Of a stretch of 64,000 nt of DNA, positions 53,629 through 64,000 are shown in pieces. The notes beneath the pieces are model-generated. The model made no database searches. It worked only from the letters and a program-made list of their open reading frames with translations, and was not told where the DNA came from. The first letter of the stretch is position 1. Every line of letters starts with the position of its first letter. The position numbers and the translations under genes are program-made. The DNA is from a virus. Its lineage: Duplodnaviria > Caudoviricetes. The stretch lies in IMG/VR virus record IMGVR_UViG_3300025389_000011. One strand, 5' to 3'.

Positions 53629-54881
53629 TATTTTTTTCCTATATATTTTGCTAAATTGTCCGGTTTATTTCTACGCTTAGTGTACTGTTCAAAAAAGATA
53701 TCACTATCAACACGCAATTGTTGTTGATTTTCTTTCACTAAACCACTATCTAACATAGTTAATAATCTGTTGCAATGTTCTTGTTCAACAGGTAACAAAT
53801 CATTACTAATACTATCGTAAAATTTTGTATACTTGTCAATATAAAAATCACGTTCTTGTCGTGTTAGGCAACCAAAACCTTGAAAGTCTGGCTTGTCAAC
53901 CATGTTAATTGATATATAAGGTTTTACTTTGGTACGCTTACGTATGTCAATAATATCCAAATACATTTGATCCAAACTCTGTAACGCAATTGCGCTTACT
54001 GTGGTGCTGATTGTAAATTCTTTAACTGTACTGTTACCTAGTCTTTCTACATTTTCTAACCATTCACTATATACCATACCCTCACGAATAAACTCCGCAG
54101 TTTCTCCTGCGCTTTCATTACTGATATTCATGCGTAAGTTTGTAAGTTTACTAATCTTGTCAAAAAATCTGTCCATAACAACGGGCTTTTGACATAAGTT
54201 ACTGTGTATCACGCATTCAATGTGTGGGTTCATTTGTGTCATCATTTCAAACACACGAAACACTTCTTCATGCATTAAGGGTTCGCCACCACTAACACGT
54301 ATGCTTTCTAGTCCATCTGCAACGGTAGTGAACCAATCCCAAAACAAATTCATATCGGGAGGGTCAATCATTTGTTGTATCTCAGCAATATCTTTTTGAT
54401 AATGTCTGCGGTCGTCAGTTGTAATGTCCTGATAGACTCCTTGATTTCTAATATCATTCATCCATGCTGTACTGAACTGCGGACTGCAATAGCTACATGC
54501 TAAGTTACATGTATTCTGAAATGCTAATTCTAATGCTTTGGGCTTGAATACGTAGTTAGGATTTTTATAATCATCTGCACTTAGATGGTCTTTGAAACTT
54601 AAACTTTTACGTGTTCTGTCACTACGCAAGCCTAAGTTTTCATAATGCCAACAGCTATTACATGCAGGAGGTTGTTCACCTGCTAACATACGCTTTTGTT
54701 GTTCACGTTTTTCAGCAGGATTATAAAATGTATCTACTGTGTTGCCCACTTGAATAAAGGGAGTATAATGACAACTTGCTATTTTACCCGAGTATACCCA
54801 AATACTTGCTTCATGGAACTTAGCCAAACACATTGTTGGACTGGTTTCATCACGTATCTTGAAAAGTTTTTTCTCATCCAT
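53628..54881 (-). CDS. Radical SAM protein
   Basis: CNLACSYC, SGGEP, N-terminal CLAKF...SCH. Confidence 0.9.
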   Translation of the reverse strand: MDEKKLFKIRDETSPTMCLAKFHEASIWVYSGKIASCHYTPFIQVGNTVDTFYNPAEKREQQKRMLAGEQPPACNSCWHYENLGLRSDRTRKSLSFKDHLSADDYKNPNYVFKPKALELAFQNTCNLACSYCSPQFSTAWMNDIRNQGVYQDITTDDRRHYQKDIAEIQQMIDPPDMNLFWDWFTTVADGLESIRVSGGEPLMHEEVFRVFEMMTQMNPHIECVIHSNLCQKPVVMDRFFDKISKLTNLRMNISNESAGETAEFIREGMVYSEWLENVERLGNSTVKEFTISTTVSAIALQSLDQMYLDIIDIRKRTKVKPYISINMVDKPDFQGFGCLTRQERDFYIDKYTKFYDSISNDLLPVEQEHCNRLLTMLDSGLVKENQQQLRVDSDIFFEQYTKRRNKPDNLAKYIGKK

Positions 54882-56224
54882 TATAATACCTTGATTTTAT
54901 TGTACTGTTCTTTTTGCAATGTTACGTTTAAGTTGTTGTGTATAATATAATTTTTCATATTGATATGTTCTGGATAAACATCAAAAAAACTTTGACTGCG
55001 AATATCATCTAGTTTTGTTGTGATATGCCAAAAGTCTCTAAGACTTTCATCAATACCCGCATGGTATTTTGATGTATCCGACCACATAAATTTAATTGCA
55101 GTATCATACATACTTACCACATGTTCGCAGTTACCAAAAGTTTTTAGCCACTCAATGTTTTCATTTAGTTTGATTTCAATTTCACGCTTTTTCCAATCAG
55201 GAATATTCTTCAAACAATAATAGGGAGGAGTATCTAATGGATTAACCATGATTTTATCAGGTTGAATATATCCCAATTCAGTCCATTCTCTATGAAACTC
55301 TACCAAGTTAAATGCATTAGGCCAACTTAATGTATATGCTATACTAAAGTTAACGTGCGGAGTTTGTTCCATCATGCGTTTACGATTTTCTACAACTTGT
55401 TTCCAATCTGTGCCATTACGCCAGTATTCGGCTTTTTCATGACTGCCATCTAAACTTGCATATACATTTACGTCTTTGAACTTTTTCCAATACTCTAACA
55501 CATTATCAAAATTCTTTAACTTGAAATTAGTAAAGTTTGTGTTGTATCTGATAGTAATATCTGTGTTGCCAAACTCAATCAATTTATCTAAAATTTGATA
55601 GTGTTCTTTTTGCATCAATGGCTCACCACCTGCAAAGTAAATGCACTTAGCTGTTGCTAAGTGTGGTAATGTTTCTAAAAATGCTTGTTCTTCAGTTTTA
55701 CCTGGATATTGAAATCCATCGTCTTTGTCTCTGCGCTCAACCAAATTGTATAGTTTTCTATGGTCTAATATCCATCCAGTGCTATAGTGAGGGGCACAAC
55801 TACGGCAACTTAAATTACATAGGTTATTAAATCGTACATCAATGTAATACAATTTATGTTCATCTAATGAACCATCAGGGTTAGTACTTGCTACAATATC
55901 TTGTATGTCTTTGCTTTTTTCAAAAAACAATTTGTTGTATTCATTCTTGTGTGCGTAATCAATTTCCGCACGTTGGTTACATATGTGACAATTGGGTTCT
56001 TCAATGCCGTTTAAGAAATCTAAACGCATTTTTTTCATTTTGTCATTGTTCCATATTTCTTCTAATGTGTTTTCTTTAAGACTACCCACTTGTTCATTGT
56101 GGCTATACACACAGCAAGGTTTAACATCACCTGGTGGACCTACATATTGATGAATCCATGGAAAGATACAAAATGTTTTACTTGTTTTAGCTAATGCTAA
56201 TGGATCAAACGTTTGATTGGACAT
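54881..56224 (-). CDS. Twitch/SPASM-domain radical SAM protein
   Basis: CIFPW...PCC...CHIC, CNLSCRSC, AGGEP, SLDG. Confidence 0.92.
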   Translation of the reverse strand: MSNQTFDPLALAKTSKTFCIFPWIHQYVGPPGDVKPCCVYSHNEQVGSLKENTLEEIWNNDKMKKMRLDFLNGIEEPNCHICNQRAEIDYAHKNEYNKLFFEKSKDIQDIVASTNPDGSLDEHKLYYIDVRFNNLCNLSCRSCAPHYSTGWILDHRKLYNLVERRDKDDGFQYPGKTEEQAFLETLPHLATAKCIYFAGGEPLMQKEHYQILDKLIEFGNTDITIRYNTNFTNFKLKNFDNVLEYWKKFKDVNVYASLDGSHEKAEYWRNGTDWKQVVENRKRMMEQTPHVNFSIAYTLSWPNAFNLVEFHREWTELGYIQPDKIMVNPLDTPPYYCLKNIPDWKKREIEIKLNENIEWLKTFGNCEHVVSMYDTAIKFMWSDTSKYHAGIDESLRDFWHITTKLDDIRSQSFFDVYPEHINMKNYIIHNNLNVTLQKEQYNKIKVL

Positions 56225-57521
56225 AATTTGTTATTTTTTCATACATATAGGGAAATACATCGCTGAACTTTTCATTTCTAACATTATCTAATAGTTCAGT
56301 TTCGTGTAAGAATTTTTTCAACATTTCTTTATCACTTGGTTGACTATTCATTAATATGATAGCATTTTCCCAATGACTTATTGATTGGTCATATGTAAAA
56401 TTCTTTTCTTGTGTTTCTTCTAACCATTTTAAATGATTTTTAATTTTTTCTGTTACTTCTTGTTTAACATCAGGAGGCAATATATTGGTTCTGAAATGTT
56501 GTGGGTAATGTAATGTGTTCAAATAAAACCCAAACTTATCAAACAATTTATTCTCACACATGTATCTATGCAAATCAACTGCTTGGTAACAATTTAATAA
56601 ACTATATACTGCGGTGATGCCATAATCTTTATTAGGCAAATATTCTTTAGCGGTCTTGATCCATTCAAGTGCAACGTTCCAATCAAAACCTTTACGTATA
56701 TATTCACCTTCTGCGCCCATTGCATCAACACTACCCACAATAAACACATTGTCAAACTTCTGTAGTAACTCAAATGCATTATCGTCTTTAAGTGTATATG
56801 TTGTAAGATTGGTATTGTAACGTATCTTAACATCAGTTTTGTTTTTAGCAATCAATAATTTTAAGAAATCATAGTGGTCTTGTTGCAACATAACCTCACC
56901 ACCGCTAAAGTGTACTTCAGTATATGTATCAATGATATTAACCAGTTCTTCTAAATCTGTGTGTACATTTTCTGAATCATTGCTTAACAATCTTGAGTTT
57001 GTGGTAAAATGATGACGACCTAATTTAATTTCATCAGGAATCCAAGCTGTGCTACAACGTGTACCACAACTACGGCATTTCAAATTACACAAGTTATTAA
57101 AGATTAAATCAACTGTTGAGATTTTTAAATCATTATCAACTGTGCCATCTGTGTCACTATGCTTTAATATGTCTTCTAATTTGTTGGCATTGGTTTGACT
57201 TAATGCATCAGGGAATCGTGAATAGCGTTCATTAAATCTTTCACGCATACTAACAATACCACTATCCTCTTCGCTCCAACATTTAGTGCAAGGTTCAGGC
57301 TTTTTACCATCTAAAAAGTCCTTACGTAACTGATTCCATTTGTCATTGTGAAATGTATCAATCAATGTACTGTTGTTCCAATTGCCTAATACATTGTCTT
57401 TGGTATGTGCAGGATTATAATAACAGCATGGTGTTATCTCTCCGTCTGGTTCTGTATGTATTTGTAGCCAAGGTAGACTGCAAAATGTTTTTGGTAATTG
57501 TTCTACTGTTAAATTAATCAT
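56205..57521 (-). CDS. Twitch/SPASM-domain radical SAM protein
   Basis: CSLPW...PCC...CTKC, CNLKCRSC, SGGE. Confidence 0.92.
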   Translation of the reverse strand: MINLTVEQLPKTFCSLPWLQIHTEPDGEITPCCYYNPAHTKDNVLGNWNNSTLIDTFHNDKWNQLRKDFLDGKKPEPCTKCWSEEDSGIVSMRERFNERYSRFPDALSQTNANKLEDILKHSDTDGTVDNDLKISTVDLIFNNLCNLKCRSCGTRCSTAWIPDEIKLGRHHFTTNSRLLSNDSENVHTDLEELVNIIDTYTEVHFSGGEVMLQQDHYDFLKLLIAKNKTDVKIRYNTNLTTYTLKDDNAFELLQKFDNVFIVGSVDAMGAEGEYIRKGFDWNVALEWIKTAKEYLPNKDYGITAVYSLLNCYQAVDLHRYMCENKLFDKFGFYLNTLHYPQHFRTNILPPDVKQEVTEKIKNHLKWLEETQEKNFTYDQSISHWENAIILMNSQPSDKEMLKKFLHETELLDNVRNEKFSDVFPYMYEKITNYVQSNV

Positions 57522-58671
57522 GTTTTATAAATTCAATTATTTGGTTAAACGCATTTTGGTATGTTGTATTTCTTAAGATATCTATATTATTTAAAGTATC
57601 TATTGCTATATCAAATTTTCGTGTATCAAAATCTTTTGGCACAGAATAATCCATATGTTGTTTAAATATTTCTATACCACGTAGTATAGTTTTGTTGGTT
57701 ATGTTGGGATTTATACCATTAATAACATATTCACATATTTGTCGTTTGTTGTCAGAAGATAATATGTCAACAGAATAATAATTAGGACCAATTAATTTAG
57801 TTACCAATAAATCTGATAATTTTGGATAATCCGTACTTATCCAATTAATAAATTCTTTGAAATTACTAGAGTTCATCCATGACAATGTATAATTAAAACC
57901 AAAAGTCATGTTTGATGCATTGGTATAATATTGATAAAAATAATCAATTGTTTCTTTAGTTGATTGATAATTTGCACCAGACCTAATATATTCAAATACA
58001 TTATCTGTACCGTCTATACTTAATTGAATACCCACCATGCTGAATTTGTTTAGGTATTTTTGTATGTTTTCACATTTGGTTGTTCCATTGGTTGTGATAA
58101 CTATCACAGTATTCTTTGCATAAGGCTGTTCTGCTAACCAATCAATAAACTCTAGTACCATTGGGTTAATCAATGGTTCACCGCCTAACACTTCAAATCT
58201 AAATTCTTCAAAATCACGTTCTGCCAGTAATTGTTTAATAAAGTCAATTTTTTCAGGTGCCGGACTCTTTATTACTTTATTAAACCATTTTATATCTTTA
58301 CCTTCTATTTGTAGTTTTTCTGCGGCAATACGTGTGCTATTTTCAGGTATACATGTAATGCATTTTAAATTGCATAAGTTATCAAACGATGCAGTAACAA
58401 CCAATACTTTATCCGAACGTATGCTATCCTTAAAGGATGTTCTTAGACTCCATGGACCTGATTTCTCCATGTCAATACATCCTTTACAATTGGTTTCAAT
58501 ATCACACTCAGCTAATTGAGAATAAAAATCATTAGGTGTTTTAGCTTCAATGCTAGATTTGAACCAACAGCAAGGTTTATATACTTTTGCTGATTCAATC
58601 TGACTAGCATTGGCAATAAAAATCCATTGCTTATGTGCAGAGCATTCTTTATAAGGTGTTAAATCAATCAT
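57514..58671 (-). CDS. Radical SAM protein
   Basis: PCC...CKGC, CNLKCITC, GGEP, SIDG. Confidence 0.9.
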   Translation of the reverse strand: MIDLTPYKECSAHKQWIFIANASQIESAKVYKPCCWFKSSIEAKTPNDFYSQLAECDIETNCKGCIDMEKSGPWSLRTSFKDSIRSDKVLVVTASFDNLCNLKCITCIPENSTRIAAEKLQIEGKDIKWFNKVIKSPAPEKIDFIKQLLAERDFEEFRFEVLGGEPLINPMVLEFIDWLAEQPYAKNTVIVITTNGTTKCENIQKYLNKFSMVGIQLSIDGTDNVFEYIRSGANYQSTKETIDYFYQYYTNASNMTFGFNYTLSWMNSSNFKEFINWISTDYPKLSDLLVTKLIGPNYYSVDILSSDNKRQICEYVINGINPNITNKTILRGIEIFKQHMDYSVPKDFDTRKFDIAIDTLNNIDILRNTTYQNAFNQIIEFIKHD

Positions 58672-58672
58672 T

Positions 58673-59806
58673 TTACTTATAGCCTATAAATTGTAAAAAA
58701 TCTTGTACCAATGGTTGATGTGTATTACCACGTCTACCATCAAAGACATTTAACGAATTTATTCCACTTCTTAATAACTCTTTGTCATATGAATCATAGG
58801 TTGTGGATAGCATATGCTCTTTGTAAAGAAACAAGCAACGTTCATAATTTTCATTAACTGGGGTGTCCAATTCGGTCATAACTTTATTGAACACACGTGT
58901 TTTCATATCTACGGATAACAAATCAATTGAAAAATGTTCTGGTACATCTAGTTTACTAACATAGATATTCCATTTTGGATATCTGCGTTGTGCCCAATTG
59001 TAGTATTGTGCGAAATGCAAACAATTCATCCAGCTTAATGTATAGTGACTTCCTATAAAAAAGTTACTGTGTGTTTCAGTTAATTTATAAAATTCATCAC
59101 ATACTTTTTCTAATGTGGTAAAATCATTTCCATATCGCAAATATTCATACTCTTGATTAATACCATCAATACTTAACTGAATGATAACGTTAGAAAACTT
59201 ATCCAAATACTTAAGTATTTTGTCGCTGTATGTGGTACCATTTGTAGTAATACTAATCATGGTATTTTTTGCATAAGATTGTTCGCTTAACCAATCTAAA
59301 AATTCAAAGATAGCAGGATTAATCAATGGTTCACCGCCCAATATGTCTACACGTATTGTTTTGAATGTATTGTTGGCTAGAGTTGTTTTAACAAAATCTA
59401 CTTTCTTAGGAGCTTGTTGTTGCAAACGTGTGTAATACTTTTTATCTTTACCCATTACTCCGTCAGGCCAATCAACAAAAAATTCTTTAATCAATGTTGT
59501 TGAATTTGAAGGAGTGCAGGTAATGCAACCCAAGTTACAAATATTGTCAAATGAAACTGTTAATATCAATTCGTCTGGTTTATCAAATTGTTGTCTATAA
59601 CTATATTGCCCACCTTGATCCTGCTTGATACAATAATCGCAATTATACTCTAAGTCCATTTCACTTAGTTGTTTTCTATAATCATCTGCATCAACTGCAT
59701 CAATATAAGTTTTGAACCAACAGCAAGGTCTGTAGGGTTTTTCTTCATTAGCAATAAAAATACTATTTGTTAGTGCTAGACAATTTTTGTAAGGTGTTAA
59801 ATCCAT
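58673..59806 (-). CDS. Radical SAM protein (paralog of the next gene)
   Basis: PCC...CDYC, CNLGCITC, GGEP, SIDG. Confidence 0.9.
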   Translation of the reverse strand: MDLTPYKNCLALTNSIFIANEEKPYRPCCWFKTYIDAVDADDYRKQLSEMDLEYNCDYCIKQDQGGQYSYRQQFDKPDELILTVSFDNICNLGCITCTPSNSTTLIKEFFVDWPDGVMGKDKKYYTRLQQQAPKKVDFVKTTLANNTFKTIRVDILGGEPLINPAIFEFLDWLSEQSYAKNTMISITTNGTTYSDKILKYLDKFSNVIIQLSIDGINQEYEYLRYGNDFTTLEKVCDEFYKLTETHSNFFIGSHYTLSWMNCLHFAQYYNWAQRRYPKWNIYVSKLDVPEHFSIDLLSVDMKTRVFNKVMTELDTPVNENYERCLFLYKEHMLSTTYDSYDKELLRSGINSLNVFDGRRGNTHQPLVQDFLQFIGYK

Positions 59807-61080
59807 CCTGATAACTCCGGGAAATTCATGTTAAAGTTTTTATTTCTGCGTTTGTCATACTCATTAACAAACTTACTAAACTGGTCTGTACGCCAATCTC
59901 TGTCTTCTGTTGTCATTGTGTCGTGTCGTGCTTTCCAAAAGTCATAAACCATTTGCCACGTTTCTTCTTCTACATTAGTTACATTATTGTTTTTAATAAA
60001 ATCATTTGTATCATCAAAGTACTTATCGCAATAATCAGGGAGAATTCTTAAATCAAACTGTTTAGGGTCAACAAGTCTTGCACAATTAAACATAATGTCT
60101 ATGCCATCATTGCGTAGTTCAATAACTTTCTGTATAAATGTTTTAAAGTTAAAAATACTCATTAACCCAAACGTTACCATAATACGAATAGGTACATTAA
60201 ATGTTGTACTTACTTTGCGTACAGTATTTTCCCAACGTTCAATATCTAACCCATCACGAATGTACTCAGCTTGTGGGCCCCATGTATCCATGCTTGTATA
60301 TACTTCTAAGCCTTTGATTGTTTTAGCATTTAATAATGTTGTTGCTTTTTCAAAGAACATGTTTAAGTTCTTATCAGGTACACACAAGTTTGTGTTTACA
60401 ACCAATGTTAAGTTGGGGTTATGATTTGTTGCAACAAAGTCTAACAACTTCATAAAGTTGCGAGTTGCAAGTGGTTCACCCCCTGTAATGCGTAGATATT
60501 TTAAGTCTTTGTAAGCATCTGGTAACCACTGCCAAAATGCATCAATATATGGATTGTCATCTTCTAATAACATGTCATGCATTTTGTCTTTGTGTACTGT
60601 AGGGTCTTCAATGGGGTAACTACCATACTTGCGTACTTCTGTTTCCCACTTACTACTTTGTCCAGGACTGCAATAACTGCAACCAAAGTTACACACGTTA
60701 CTAAAACTTAGTTCCAAATAACTGGGATTGATATGTTTATCATAAGGTGCATTGATAATTTCTTCTCTGCGTTCAATAGCATATTGTTCGTTGGTAAAAC
60801 GTTTTCTATCACTAATCACATCTGGATTAATCTTTTCCATGTCAAAACAGTAATAGCATTCGTTAGGTTTTTCACCATTCATCATTTGTCTACGTTGCTC
60901 AATTTTATGTGCGGTGTTGTGCAACATGCTTGGGTCACGTTTTACATCTTCTAAGTTCCAACGATGTATTGGTGGGTGGTAGCAACTGTGATTTTCTCCC
61001 ATACCAAAGTGCATGGTAGCCATTAACCATTTGGCTGAACAAAAACTATCTTTAATCTTATCTGGAATAATTGGTATCAT
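59797..61080 (-). CDS. Radical SAM protein
   Basis: CSAKW...SCYH...CYYC, CNFGCSYC, TGGEP. Confidence 0.9.
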   Translation of the reverse strand: MIPIIPDKIKDSFCSAKWLMATMHFGMGENHSCYHPPIHRWNLEDVKRDPSMLHNTAHKIEQRRQMMNGEKPNECYYCFDMEKINPDVISDRKRFTNEQYAIERREEIINAPYDKHINPSYLELSFSNVCNFGCSYCSPGQSSKWETEVRKYGSYPIEDPTVHKDKMHDMLLEDDNPYIDAFWQWLPDAYKDLKYLRITGGEPLATRNFMKLLDFVATNHNPNLTLVVNTNLCVPDKNLNMFFEKATTLLNAKTIKGLEVYTSMDTWGPQAEYIRDGLDIERWENTVRKVSTTFNVPIRIMVTFGLMSIFNFKTFIQKVIELRNDGIDIMFNCARLVDPKQFDLRILPDYCDKYFDDTNDFIKNNNVTNVEEETWQMVYDFWKARHDTMTTEDRDWRTDQFSKFVNEYDKRRNKNFNMNFPELSGWI

Positions 61081-62255
61081 AAAAATTTCTCTAATTCTGG
61101 TATGTAATCATTATATCTTATATTACGTGCATTGTCAACTGCTACAATAAAGTCTTTGGCTTTAGTTAGTAGTTCAGGTTGAAACTCTATGTTAAGTTTA
61201 GCAAACAAATCATTGCGTTGATATTCGGGTAACTTGTCAGCATAGTATTCTTTCAACTCAGTTTTGATATGGTTGGGCAATACTGCTAGACTTAAGTAGT
61301 CTGGGTATAACACATAATTGTGATGTGGGTGTTTGTTGTATTCACTACTTAACCAATCGCTAAACTTGTCTAAGTTATAGATATTGAAAATGCTAACAGT
61401 CTGCGTAACATGCCAGTCTACATTCTTTAGTTTGTTTAGTTTTTTAATACTGTTAAGTGTCTGTTCCCATTTGGTTGGGTAACGAATATAATAGTTGCGT
61501 TCATTCAAGTCATCAATACTTGCGTTGACTGTAACCTTTTTAAAACTTTTCCATAATGCAATTAAGTTGCTGGGAATATCCATCATGTTCAAGCTGTAAA
61601 CCAAATGTACATTTTGTGCAACATCTAACAATATCAATTTCTTTAAGTATTCAAAGTGTGCTTTAATCAATGTAGGTTCACCACCATTGATGTAAATTTC
61701 TTCTACGTCTTTACTGTGTTCTGCTAAGTCTTGATAGAACTCGGGTTTTTCAAACCATTTGAAATTTTCAAGCGGGCGCAATTCGAACCAAGGCAACACT
61801 TTAGCAATTTTCTTTTCATCAGGATACCATTTGCTACTGCTATAACTGTTGCAAGTTAAACAAGCATTGTTACATACATTACCCAATCGTAACTCTACAT
61901 AACGCAAGTCTACGTTTTGTAACTTAGCAGATTTTTCTAGTAAAGGTATAATGTGCGCCCAACGTTCGTTTTCATATTGACGTTTGCTTTTAATGCCCTT
62001 GTCTTCGTCACTCCAACAGCCTTCACACTCAACAGGACGTTGTCCATCTATCATAGCTTGGCGAACTTCAATAAACTTTTTACTGTTCATAATGTCACTA
62101 ACACTATCATTGTCAAGCATAACTAGACTTTGTGTGTCATCTTTCTTTGCCCAACTGATTGCATTTGTATGATTGCTACGGCAACATAGGCTAGCTCCTC
62201 CGTTAGGGTGCGTAGCCAAATGCATCCAGGGTAGTACGCATAATGTATCACTCAT
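61077..62255 (-). CDS. Twitch/SPASM-domain radical SAM protein
   Basis: CVLPW...LCC...CEGC, CNNACLTC, NGGEP. Confidence 0.92.
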   Translation of the reverse strand: MSDTLCVLPWMHLATHPNGGASLCCRSNHTNAISWAKKDDTQSLVMLDNDSVSDIMNSKKFIEVRQAMIDGQRPVECEGCWSDEDKGIKSKRQYENERWAHIIPLLEKSAKLQNVDLRYVELRLGNVCNNACLTCNSYSSSKWYPDEKKIAKVLPWFELRPLENFKWFEKPEFYQDLAEHSKDVEEIYINGGEPTLIKAHFEYLKKLILLDVAQNVHLVYSLNMMDIPSNLIALWKSFKKVTVNASIDDLNERNYYIRYPTKWEQTLNSIKKLNKLKNVDWHVTQTVSIFNIYNLDKFSDWLSSEYNKHPHHNYVLYPDYLSLAVLPNHIKTELKEYYADKLPEYQRNDLFAKLNIEFQPELLTKAKDFIVAVDNARNIRYNDYIPELEKFL

Positions 62256-63657
62256 TGTAAATATTATCCCACCATTTTAATAATTCAGGGTTACGACTGT
62301 AAATGTCACGTAGGGTTAACGGATTCTCACGAATTTGCTCTAGTCTTTCTACCCAACCTTTACCGTTTTTAGCACCCTGTTTGTATGTTTCTGGCCACTC
62401 TTCGGCATGTGTTTTACGTGTTTCTTTTAATGCCTTTAAGTTACCAATCAAGGTGTCTTGTTTCCACGTAGCACGTGGTGTAATGTACTCTAAGATATCA
62501 TCTACCATGTCGTTGAGTATAGGACGTGGCCAACTTAATGGTGTCCACATGATATCATTGTGAAAGCCAAACGTTGTTTTAGTTTCAATCTTAACATCTA
62601 ATTCAATACTCAAGTCAAACAAGTCTTTAATTGAAAACATGCCTGGAGCAGTTAGTGTTAAATCAAGAACCATTTTGTCTTTACCATTTGGTAATGCTAG
62701 TCCTTGCTTGAAGTTTTCTAACCACTTGTCCCATTTAATGCCTGTGCGAATGTATTCAACAATTTCACCAGTGCCATCAATACTTGCACACATCATCCAG
62801 TCTTTGTACAATGGAAGATAATCATATAAGTTTTTCTTTCCAAATTGTACACGACTTAAGTTACTGTTATAACGCATGTAACATTTCTCATTACTCCCGT
62901 TATTCAGCATTTCTTCTAATGTCCACCAATGTATATCATACATCAATGGCTCACCACCAACCCAATACATTTCTTCAACAATACCCCTGCGTACCGCATC
63001 CTTAAATTCTGCTTCCACAACATTAACTTGAAAGTCTTGCATGGCACTTTTGATTTCCGGAATCATAAAAGGTTGATTCTTTGGTGTCCACATATCATGT
63101 GTTTTCTTTTCAGTTTCCCATGCGCTACTTAATTGTTCTCCGCACATACGACATTTGAAATTGCATAGATTGCTAAAGCGATAATCGAAACTAATTGGTT
63201 CCATCGTGGTGTAACCATTATCGTCTGTGCTATCAAATGCTTGTTGTATTTTGTCACGGAACAATGCACCGGTAAACCAACCGCGGTAGCTATAACCTTC
63301 CATCAATAGATTTTTGTTGCATACATCACATTGTGGAATCTCTTCGCCACGCATTAACTTAACACGTATGTCACGCATGTATGGACTGTTCCAATGTTCT
63401 TTTAGACTAATAGGCTTATATGCATCAAGTGAAGTACCGCTTTCTTTTACATTGCCATACTTGCTATCATTACTACTGTCAATATATTGTTTTTGAAAGC
63501 TATGTTCTTCACGACTGGCACAACATAATCTGCGTTCGCTTTGTGGGCTTATGTAAGTGTGTGTCCATGGCGCCATGCAAAACACTTTGTTTTTGCTTTC
63601 AGGAGCAGGCTTTGCATTATCTCCCCATATAGGGATTATTCTGTTATTAGTATCCAT
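62248..63657 (-). CDS. Twitch/SPASM-domain radical SAM protein
   Basis: CMAPW...LCC...CDVC, CNFKCRMC, VGGEP, SIDG. Confidence 0.92.
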   Translation of the reverse strand: MDTNNRIIPIWGDNAKPAPESKNKVFCMAPWTHTYISPQSERRLCCASREEHSFQKQYIDSSNDSKYGNVKESGTSLDAYKPISLKEHWNSPYMRDIRVKLMRGEEIPQCDVCNKNLLMEGYSYRGWFTGALFRDKIQQAFDSTDDNGYTTMEPISFDYRFSNLCNFKCRMCGEQLSSAWETEKKTHDMWTPKNQPFMIPEIKSAMQDFQVNVVEAEFKDAVRRGIVEEMYWVGGEPLMYDIHWWTLEEMLNNGSNEKCYMRYNSNLSRVQFGKKNLYDYLPLYKDWMMCASIDGTGEIVEYIRTGIKWDKWLENFKQGLALPNGKDKMVLDLTLTAPGMFSIKDLFDLSIELDVKIETKTTFGFHNDIMWTPLSWPRPILNDMVDDILEYITPRATWKQDTLIGNLKALKETRKTHAEEWPETYKQGAKNGKGWVERLEQIRENPLTLRDIYSRNPELLKWWDNIYNE

Positions 63658-64000
63658 ATTCTATCGCCATTTCTTTGTATTCGGGAAACGCATTAATAAA
63701 TGATTCTTCCCTACGTAAATCAACTTCTTTTAATCTTGCTATTGCCGCTGTCATCAAATTTGATTTATCTTTACTGTTCATAAATAAAACCATTCCCTTC
63801 AATGTATCCATATTAACTTTATTTTTATCAATACTATTAAAATATTTTTCAACACGTGTTTTGATATTTTTAGGTAATACTTGCAAATTAAACAAATCTG
63901 AGTATACTGTATTAAAATTAATTTGTGGTTTATTATCAAAAGAAGCTAGTGCATCAATTATCTTTTCTACATGAAAAACATTTGGCCAAGATATAGTTAC
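63647..64000 (-). CDS. C-terminal part of a further radical SAM paralog (runs off window end)
   Basis: Open frame VTISWPNVFHVEK...LQVLPKNIK...DLRREESFINAFPE, resembling the C-termini of neighbours (TLSWPNAFNL...DDIRSQSFFDVYPE). Confidence 0.7.
   Translation of the reverse strand, partial: VTISWPNVFHVEKIIDALASFDNKPQINFNTVYSDLFNLQVLPKNIKTRVEKYFNSIDKNKVNMDTLKGMVLFMNSKDKSNLMTAAIARLKEVDLRREESFINAFPEYKEMAIEYGY

Noticed and set aside
386-63974. The many 60-160 aa plus-strand and alternate-frame ORFs inside larger genes
   Set aside because: Antisense or shadow frames of well-supported genes, without RBS or motifs
1-64000. Stop-codon recoding as in some jumbo phages
   Set aside because: Genes are full-length and tightly packed under the standard code; TAA, TGA and TAG all serve as stops (TAG at 48881)

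Overview
A 64 kb piece of an AT-rich, T4-like (gp55-type late promoter) large or jumbo tailed phage, almost entirely encoded on the minus strand. It has five parts. (1) Replication and recombination, 1-17.2 kb: gp41-like helicase, gp61-like primase, a 190-aa mini-DnaE, Endo VII nuclease, DEDDh exonuclease, UvsW, UvsY, UvsX and gp32. (2) Packaging, virion and lysis: terminase, gp9/10-like baseplate protein, spanins, plus ThyA. (3) Early single-gene cassettes with consensus sigma70 promoters and a MoxR/VWA pair. (4) A host-envelope region: PlcP-like phospholipase, RimK, Agt-like glycosyltransferase, an outer-membrane barrel and secreted repeat proteins. It also holds a circularly permuted (two-piece) tmRNA whose intervening sequence carries a 40-codon ORF with its own RBS. 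(5) A 23 kb tailoring-enzyme island: a 1770-aa repeat protein, a carbamoyltransferase, four SGNH-like proteins and 10 complete plus 1 partial radical SAM genes. Functional calls come from motif recognition by eye; no database search was run.
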